From Octopus bimaculoides (taxonomy: Eukaryota), in the NCBI RefSeq assembly GCF_001194135.2, contig NC_068987.1:67660757-67693842 (forward strand): 33,086 nucleotides of DNA. Reading direction: 5' to 3'. The notes below the pieces were generated by a model. It did not search any database, was not told the origin of the DNA, and saw only the letters and a program-made list of their open reading frames with translations. Positions 25,811 through 33,086 of the stretch are shown here, one piece after another. Each line of letters opens with the position of its first letter. Positions within the stretch are counted from its first letter, which is position 1. The translations under genes were made by a program, and so were the position numbers.

Positions 25811-26302
25811 GAGAGGATGGATTTGCTATTATTTTGTACAACGGTCGTTTCGACTCATCCTGCTACTGTCCGTTGTGGGTGTGACTCTTTTTAACATGTG
25901 GTGCATCAATTTTGCACTTAGGGTCTCATCGGGTACATCAACACATAAAGGTTTGTGTCTCGCTAAAGATCGTAAGGAAGTGTTCAGTTTGGCTCACATA
26001 TATTTTAATTAATTTTTTAAAACTAAACAGTTTGAAACTTCGTATACTAGTGTAATTTCTCGCGCAGAATACGGTTTATTTTGAACATCTTTGACAAAAT
26101 TTCGCATTTTAGAAGTTATTTCATGTTAAAGTTGTCGTATATGGGTAATTTTAACCAATGAACGACGTGTATTCAGTTGGAGAAAGCAAATGCTGTTCGC
26201 GACAGTAATCGAAGAGGAACAACTTCCGGGTCATCTCTACTAAATGTCACCACTCTGTTCTATTCTACTTTTTGTTTACTGCTTGTGTTGCATATTACAC
26301 GC

Positions 26303-27660
26303 TTTTTTTTTTTTTTTGTTGCTCTCGCGTCCAAGTAACCAGTAAACATCAAAGAATCAACACCAAAAAGGTAGAAATATTATTTACATATATTTATTCG
26401 TTGGCCCGATATCGATATTTAAGTCGCAGAGCCGAAGTAATGATAGCAGTGATGTGTGCTGTGAGGGTGCGTTGTTCTCGAGGGTTGTCTGTATTTTGTT
26501 TGTCTGGTTTATGTCTTGTTTTTGCGTGCAACATTTCCTTTTTTTTACATTGTTGTGTGCTTTTTGGTGGGATATTGGTTCGTTCTCTTTTCTTTGTTAT
26601 TTCAATGTAATCCTCTTCGGAATCTTCTTGGTATGTTGTTTTTAGCTCCGTCGCTACTTGGGTCTGTTCCGTTACCTTCGCTGTACTTTCAGGTACGCTT
26701 TGGCTCTCAGCTGCGTTCTTCTGTTCTTCTTGTACATTTTGGGGGCACTTCCTTTTGATGGGCTCATTCTGGCCGCAACAATAACAGGTGGGCGGTCTCC
26801 CTTCCACCGACACCGTCGGTTTTATGTCGTCCGACAACTCGATAATTTCGGGGACCTCATTAAGATCCGGATGGGTGGCCTGGATAATTAATTCCAGGGC
26901 GTAACTCCAACAATTCAACTGTTGCGTTCGAGTTACCTGAACAACTTTTACCTCTTCCTTTGTGTCAGTGAGTATAGCTGCCGCTATCCATATTTCTTCT
27001 GCGTCTGGCGGAATTCTGCCAATCCTCACTCTAGAGATACTTTTCCCTAGGTAGGTTGGCAGGAGTAACTATTCTTCTGTCCTTATTGGTACAGCGGTGT
27101 GCTTAAATGCCACTTCTTCGGAGGCAAATCTTACCTCCACTGTACCGTATCTCCTACATCTGGTGTAGAAGATGTCGCCTCTTATTGTGTCCAAGCATTT
27201 TTTAATGAAATCCTCCGGTGTTATCTCCATCTTTTATTTCGGCAAATACAGTGTCCTGTACATCACCGTTCATCTCACTTTTCCAGTTGTTTCTTCCGGA
27301 GGGGTCAAATTTACGCTCAATCCCTCCTTTTCTATAAATTGCATGCAGTCTCACAATGTTTCCCAGTCAATGATAACTTTCCAACTGTCTCACTGTCTTC
27401 ACCATGTTCCCATTTCTAGTTACAGATACGTAGCTTCCAAATCGCGCTTCCTCTGCGTTCAGATATTTCAGATATTTTCCCACCTCAAATGGGGGAAAAT
27501 ATACAACAAAAAACACAAGCGTGCTGAACAAGCTCTGTGTTTTTAACAAACAGCAACAAATTAAACAATTAATTCCAACAATTTCAACAATTCACAATTC
27601 TAGGCAGAAGCCTTCAAACAGAATCACACTAGCAAGCTAGGAAATGATTGTTAGAGCGGT
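26303..27660 (-). mobile_element. ORF1-only (HAL1-like) non-LTR retroelement copy with poly(A) end
   Basis: Decayed gag-like ORF (next feature), AATAAA at 26399-26394 and an A15 tail (T15 at 26303-26317). No endonuclease or RT sequence between ORF1 and the tail. The 5' boundary is approximate. Confidence 0.55.
26394..27413 (-). pseudogene. Gag-like LINE ORF1 (L1/Tx1-type: RRM-like region plus zinc knuckle), six in-frame stops, no frameshift
   Basis: One frame from ATG at 27413: MGTW*RQ*DSWKVIIDWETL*DCMQF...RRYGTVEVRFASEE...EE*LLLPTYLGKSISRVRIGRIPP...VSVEGRPPTCYCCGQNEPIKRKCP. This is a CX2CX4(H->P)X4C knuckle preceded by a typical EGRPP motif and followed by an acidic low-complexity tail. Confidence 0.75.
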
Positions 27661-28534
27661 GAAAAAACTATGAATGTTAATTTATGCTTTTGGGAAAGTC
27701 TATATCTGTATCATCAGACAATTGCAAAAACAAAAATGTTTAAAAAAATTCAGAACTATGCAAAAATCCGGTACAAATTCCTCATGATTCAAAATGTTGC
27801 TTACTTTTTACTCAACCACATATATAAATAGCTAATATCTTTAAAAAAATAAGAGTCACGGAGGAAATTGATGACAACAATCCCACATGGTGTTTGTTCC
27901 CCACAAGGAAAAGGTGGTTAAGATTTAATGAGTTAAGCATCAGGTGGCTCCATTGTATTGTTGTCTGGTCAACTAGCTGCCGATAAAATAAAAAATTCTT
28001 TATATGTTTATTAGACTTGACTTGGTTAGTTACCTGCTGAGGTTATCGATATTTGATAGCAACCTCTTTATTGTTATTACTATTTTTACATGTGAATACA
28101 GTAATTAGGCTTCAATTTTTCTGCAGAGATTTGACGTTTGAGACTCAGCCAAATATTTCTCCTCCAGAGCTTTGAAGTTTTGCATATAGTACTGTGATTG
28201 CATATCTCCAGGTCAGCCTTGATAGAATTAAGTTGTAATGAAACGTATTTCAGCCTTGGCCGTTTTGCTTACAGAAGTTAAGTATGTTCTTCCCTCTTTA
28301 AGGTGTCGAAGTTTGACTTTAATTGGACTGGCTGATTTTATCTAGCAAGTTGAATGACCTCGTAATTTAGTGGAATTGTTCGCTGTGTGGCATACTGGTT
28401 TCGTCTGCACTTTTGACGTCATCTATTAACGTCCATCTTCCAAGCTGGCATAAGTTGAACGATTTCACGAGACTAACAAGCCGGAGGATAGTGGCGTGGT
28501 CGAATGTCTCTTAAAGTACGTTTTCTATAAATAC

Positions 28535-28600
28535 ATCCCCTTCCTAACACCAACCACTTCACAGAGTATACCGAGAGCTTTTTACGTGGAATCAACAATA
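28535..28600 (-). mobile_element. Short retroposon 3'-tail fragment
   Basis: CCCTTCCTAACACCAACCACTTCACAGAG...GCTTTTTACGTG resembles an RTE-type LINE/SINE tail (recognition only). Confidence 0.35.
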
Positions 28601-30611
28601 TCGAAGCCACCATGTAGCGTTGATTTGATAGAACTATTATAGAAAAAGGGACAGATTTAGGTTAGATGATGAAAGATTACAGATACTTGAGTTCTACTGA
28701 CCAGAAGTAAATCGAACTAGAGATATCTATTTTTGAAATATCGAGATTACTATAATGCTCTATAGCTACATTTCCATATGAGTTATATGTTTTGTCTAAT
28801 ATTTATAGCTGAACATAACCTCATTAATGGGGAATAGAGAATGTAATTTAGTCAACAGAGTACGATGTCAAATTTTAAGTAAATAAATGTAATTACGTGT
28901 TGGAATCTACCTCGCTAAAACAGTTACAATTATTCTGTTTGAAAGTAGTCTTCAGCAAGGGAAAGCACATTCGACATTGATCTAAGTTTCCTATTAATTT
29001 GGCTGTATGTGTATATATTTAAGCAGATAGAATTTAAAATTAGTGGTGTTTACATCATAGCAACGCCATCACCAATTAATTATTATCGGTTTCCTCTCTC
29101 TCTCTCTCTCTTTCGATATATATATACACACACACACATACACACACTCAGATGTATATGTATGTATGTATATATATATATATAGCATCTATTGGGAGAG
29201 AGGAGGGAGAGGGGGAGANNNNNNNNNNNNNNNNNNNNNNNNNNNNNNNNNNNNNNNNNNNNNNNNNNNNNNNNNNNNNNNNNNNNNNNNNNNNNNNNNN
29301 NNNNNNNNNNNNNNNNNNNNNNNNNNNNNNNNNNNGGGGGAGGGGGGAGGGGGAAACAGAGAGGTTAGAGAAAGACAAATGGAGAAATGCGAGAGAGAAA
29401 CACCAGGAATGACTAAATGAAAGAATGACATTGTAGGAATAGTGGATGTTGTGGGTTAAAGGATAGAATTTTGTTCTTTTAAATAAGAGAAGAGGTACTT
29501 TTGTTTACATCAATTCTTTTGAATCCATTACATAAGAACAGTAGCATTGTACCGTACTTTGCAATAACATTTTCCTAAGCACAGAAATACATTCACATAT
29601 ACATAATTATATCTGTCTTTATAATATTTTGGAGTGCTGAAGTAAAATATAAGCCGAAGTATGTATCCTACATATATTTTAACTACAACCCTCATCGCTA
29701 TGAATATTTAAACAGGATGTTATATCTTCCAATGAACAAGTGGTTGTTGGTGATATTGCTCTTATATAGCTAGAAATCAAGTCTGTTCCAGTAGACATAT
29801 GATAAAGCACATCCCAGATAAGATCATTCATATTTTTTCAATTTTTTCAATTTTTCAGATATCGCTTTAATTGGAATTTGAAAATTTGAAAAAAAGTATA
29901 CAGTAGCATTTAAGTGGTATTTGAAAGAGATGTGGGTACTATTTCTTTTATTTTTAGCAGATCGAGAGATACTGTAAATCTTCTTCGTTGGTTCGAACCA
30001 GCAGCCAAATGTTAGTTTGATATGCGAGAAACACATGACAATAACTTAAAAATTTTCACAAACACATGCATGTAAAGTATGTACACGGACATCCACCTGT
30101 AAATACATATTCGAATTTAGAGAAAGGACATACAGAGGTCTTTAAATAATACATATGCTGTCAAAAGTCTGAACGATATACAAAATAACAAGCCATACCA
30201 AAAAGAGTTTCTATGTTTTCTTGACCAGATAATTGGTGGTGTATGAAGTAGACTTCTGATACAACAATGGAAACATATCAAGGTATATATATATATCAAG
30301 ATGTATCTTAATTTTATAAAAGATAATGTTTAAACGCATTCAACGTAGCTAAGCGGGTAGCTATCAAAACAAGAAAGCAAAAAGACTAAGACATATTTCA
30401 CTTGAGTAATTTACGACTTCAATAATTTACGGTCATATATTCAGTCATTTTGAATTGAGAAATAAACAGGTGCAAGGCACAATATTTTTAAGGGATACTA
30501 CCTTAACAATAGAGAATGAGCCAGAAACTGTTGGTACGAGTCGATATATATGTACACACACATACACACATACATATGTGTGTGTATATNNNNNNNNNNA
30601 AAAAAATTTAA

Positions 30612-30665
30612 CTCTTACAGCTGTTTCTGGGATATCTCCGAGCATGGGATATTGTCATCAGCGAC
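30612..30665 (-). ncRNA. Hammerhead-like motif, left arm
   Basis: Minus strand: GTCG CTGATGA CA ATATCCC ATGCTC GGAGATAT CCCA GAAA C AGCT GT A AGAG. Core and palindromic stem III (ACAGCTGT) are intact; stem I is degraded. Confidence 0.4.
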
Positions 30666-31257
30666 AAATAGGGAAAATGAGAATAGTATATATTAATGAG
30701 ATGACGACATAGAGGAAGGAAGTAAAAGAATAATGAGATGGAAAGAAAGAAGAAGAAAGAAGAAAAAAGAAGTATAAAAGTTCATAGTTCAACTTTCCGA
30801 ACAAACAAGAGCACGAGTCCTTAGGTGCAATCTTGCGTAGGTCCATGAGCGTAAGTTCTTAGGTGCAATCCTGCGTAGATCCATGTGGGTTAAAATCCTG
30901 ATATAGTACATATCCAGAGAAAGAAGACGCCTTACTTTATCTTATAGTCAATCCTTAAAATCCCCCTCACTCTATCTACCTCTCTTTCTATTCTTTTTTT
31001 GTTTTCTTTCTTTTACCACTTAATAACTACCTCCGCTACCATTCTGTTATTTAACGTTGATATGTTTGCGTCTTTTTTCTCTGGATGTCTACTATATCAG
31101 GATCTGAACCCACATGGATTAAGTTTCTATAACTTCGGAAAGTCGAACTATGAACTTTTATGCTTCTTTTTTCTTCTTTCTTTCCATCTCCTCATTCTTT
31201 TACTCCCTTCTTCTATGTCGTCATCTCATTAATAATTTCCCTTATTTTTCCCTATTT

Positions 31258-31313
31258 GTCTCTGATGACAGAATGTCTCTTACTCGGGGATATCTCAGAA
31301 ACAGTTGTAAGAC
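31258..31313 (+). ncRNA. Hammerhead-like motif, right arm
   Basis: GTCT CTGATGA C AGAATGTCTC TTACTCG GGGATATCT CA GAAA C AGTT GT A AGAC. Stem I GTCT/AGAC, 9 bp stem II with one bulge, stem III AC/GT, GUA triplet. The base of stem II is non-canonical. Confidence 0.45.
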
Positions 31314-31494
31314 TTTGAATTTTTTCCGATAATAATATTGTATACGACTTGAGATGTTTGCCTTGTTTTAACGTTTGTTGTCCTCTTTAACAATTATATA
31401 TCCACTTCATCAGAAATCAACAATGGCTCCATAACTACTGTATCGGCAATAACATTGGAGTCCTAGTAATCTGTTACAACGCTTACTAGCGGAC

Positions 31495-32491
31495 CAATCC
31501 CCCGGTTGGAGGAAGAAAACTGAATGGATGCGAACATTGCATTAGAGCAAATGAAAACAACATAGCATGTTACATGAAAAAAAAGACACAGAACCACTAT
31601 TATTGGAAATGAGAAGGTCAGGCTTGTTTAGGATGGAAGATTGCAAAGATAAATCACTGTACAAGCACTTGAGAATGAATAAAATTGAAAATGGGTGGGG
31701 GCAAAGAAAATACAATTTCATAAGAATTTTGAATAAGACAGACAGAAACAAAAGATGTCTATGGATGACTAAAAGTGATTAAAACCGGAAACGGAGGCTC
31801 TAATCTGTGCTGCCAAAGAGCAAGCATTAAGAACCAATTACATCAAATACAGAGTAGAAAACACATCAAAAAGTGATAAGTGCAGAATTTGTGGACAAAA
31901 TGGTGAAACCGTATTGTATATTACCAGTCAATGTAAGCCACTAACCCAGAAACAATATAAGAGACGTCACGACAATATAGCAAGGATTGTCCATTGGAAA
32001 CTTTGCAACAACTATGGACTAGACAGAGCAAAAAAGTGGTACGAAGATATAAACGCGAAGGCATCATCGAAAATGCGACCATGAGATAGAGAATAGGAAA
32101 CCAGACATAGTGTTAATTAAGAAAGAAAGCAAACGATGCTGGATCATAGATATAGCATACTCAGCTGACAATAAGGTATGCAATATGGAAGAAAGAAAAG
32201 TCGATAGATATGACCGGTTAGCTTGAGAGGTTAAGCAGTTGTGATCGATGAAAAAAGTGGTAGCAGAACCAATAATTGCAGGAACCCTGAGAACAGTGAG
32301 TAAAAATCTTGAAAAGTACACGGAAGAAACAGGAGCTGGAATAACGGTGGTGTACTTGCAGAAACAGCACTGCTTGGAACTGCTCGAATACTCCGGATGG
32401 TGCTCGAAAAATAAGGGATATTACTTTAATTCTCGGTAGTGAACGGCTAGCACCGTAGTACATCTCCAACGTTAAAAGCTGTGCAAAGACC

Positions 32492-32492
<1 letters not shown>
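31495..32492 (+). mobile_element. 5'-truncated, decayed R4/Dong-clade LINE (3' part: post-RT, CCHC, restriction-like endonuclease, 3' UTR) with (TAA)n tail
   Basis: Stitched frames give GGRKLNGCEHCIRANENNI...KPETEALICAAKEQALRTNYIK...CRICGQNGETVLYITSQC (31881-31934, H->Y)...YKRRHDNIARIVHWKLC...DHEIENRKPDIVLIKK...WIIDIA...EERKVDRY (PD-(D/E)xK RLE at 32101). Several frameshifts/stops and an internal deletion. Confidence 0.9.
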
Positions 32493-32557
<65 letters not shown>

Positions 32558-32573
32558 TAATAATAATAATAAT
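32493..32573. repeat. (TAA)n microsatellite / LINE tail
   Basis: Direct observation. Confidence 0.95.
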
Positions 32574-32787
32574 GTTTTCAGATTTTACCACATGGGTAGC
32601 TATTTTGGGGGAGGAGATGTGTCGATTACACCAACCCCAGTACACAACTGGTACCTAATCTATCGATCTCGAAAGAAAGAATGGCAAAGTCGACCTCGGT
32701 GGGATTTGAACACAGAACGTAGCAACGGACGAAGTACCGCTAAGCATTTAGTCCTGCGTGCTAACGAGACTGCCAGTTCACTGCCTT
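32574..32787 (-). mobile_element. Full-length tRNA-derived SINE embedded in (TAA)n
   Basis: Minus strand: AAGGCAGTGAACTGGCAGTCTCGTTAG...GTTCAAATCCC (B box)...GATCGATAGATTAGGTACCAGTTG...; homologous to 3925-4139. Confidence 0.8.
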
Positions 32788-32806
32788 GATAATAATGATT
32801 ATAATA

Positions 32807-32879
<73 letters not shown>
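32788..32879. repeat. (TAA)n microsatellite
   Basis: Direct observation. Confidence 0.95.
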
Positions 32880-33086
32880 GGATGCAATTTGGCCTTGATA
32901 AACGTGCAAAAGCTACCTTTATCAAAGGAAAAATGACAAATACATCTAATGTGAACCTTGACCAGCAAAATGTCATAAAAGAGTTAGAACCAGCGGAGAG
33001 CTACAAATACCTAGGGGTAATTGAAGGGGACAATATCAAGCACTCGGTGATCAGGGAAAGGATCAGAAGAGAATGTTATCGCAGGG
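32880..33086 (+). mobile_element. Second 5'-truncated R4/Dong-clade LINE, end of RT domain, runs off the window
   Basis: Uninterrupted frame from 32882: MQFGLDKRAKATFIKGK...IKELEPAESYKYLGV...IRRECYRR (FGLDKC-like and YKYLG RT motifs); begins directly after (TAA)n. Confidence 0.85.

Larger units (their letters stand above)
30600..31325. mobile_element. Diverged inverted repeat, probably two head-to-head Penelope-like terminal (pLTR) fragments: arms 30600-30930 (-) and 31068-31325 (+), 137 bp spacer
   Basis: Arms align at roughly 80% with indels; the left arm has an extra insert with a 38 bp-period duplication (30820-30885). Each arm carries a hammerhead-like core near its outer end. The right arm translates YQDLNPHGLS, like the LxPxGLN C-terminus of PLE GIY-YIG endonucleases. 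The inverted repeat is certain; the PLE call is inference. Confidence 0.55.

Noticed and set aside
28090-28480. Minus-strand stretch that vaguely resembles a LINE inter-domain linker
   Set aside because: Multiple stops and no diagnostic motif, so no family can be assigned
29675-30010. 50-codon minus-strand ORF (MNDLIWDVLYH...) and a plus-strand exon-like segment at 29961-30009 (RDTVNLLRWFEPAAK)
   Set aside because: Short, unrecognised and compatible with chance splice-like signals in AT-rich DNA

Overview
AT-rich, microsatellite-dense animal genomic DNA with 13 N-gaps (about 3 kb of N), almost all bordered by simple repeats. The tRNA-derived SINE families and repeat landscape resemble a coleoid cephalopod, probably Octopus; this is my recognition of the motifs, not a database result. 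I cannot support any intact host gene. Most ORFs in the supplied track are artefacts of microsatellites and N runs. Supported content: (1) many tRNA-derived SINE copies; (2) a decayed gag-like LINE ORF1 at about 26303-27660 (- strand) that runs into a poly(A) with no ORF2, resembling HAL1; (3) two R4/Dong-clade LINE fragments plus a SINE nested in (TAA)n at the right end; (4) three long fold-back (inverted) duplications, one 276/278 identical; (5) several hammerhead-ribozyme-like motifs of the Penelope-associated minimal type I kind, two of them on the arms of the 30600-31325 inverted repeat. Weaker candidates are a solo LTR, a decayed unknown ORF and two small hairpins.
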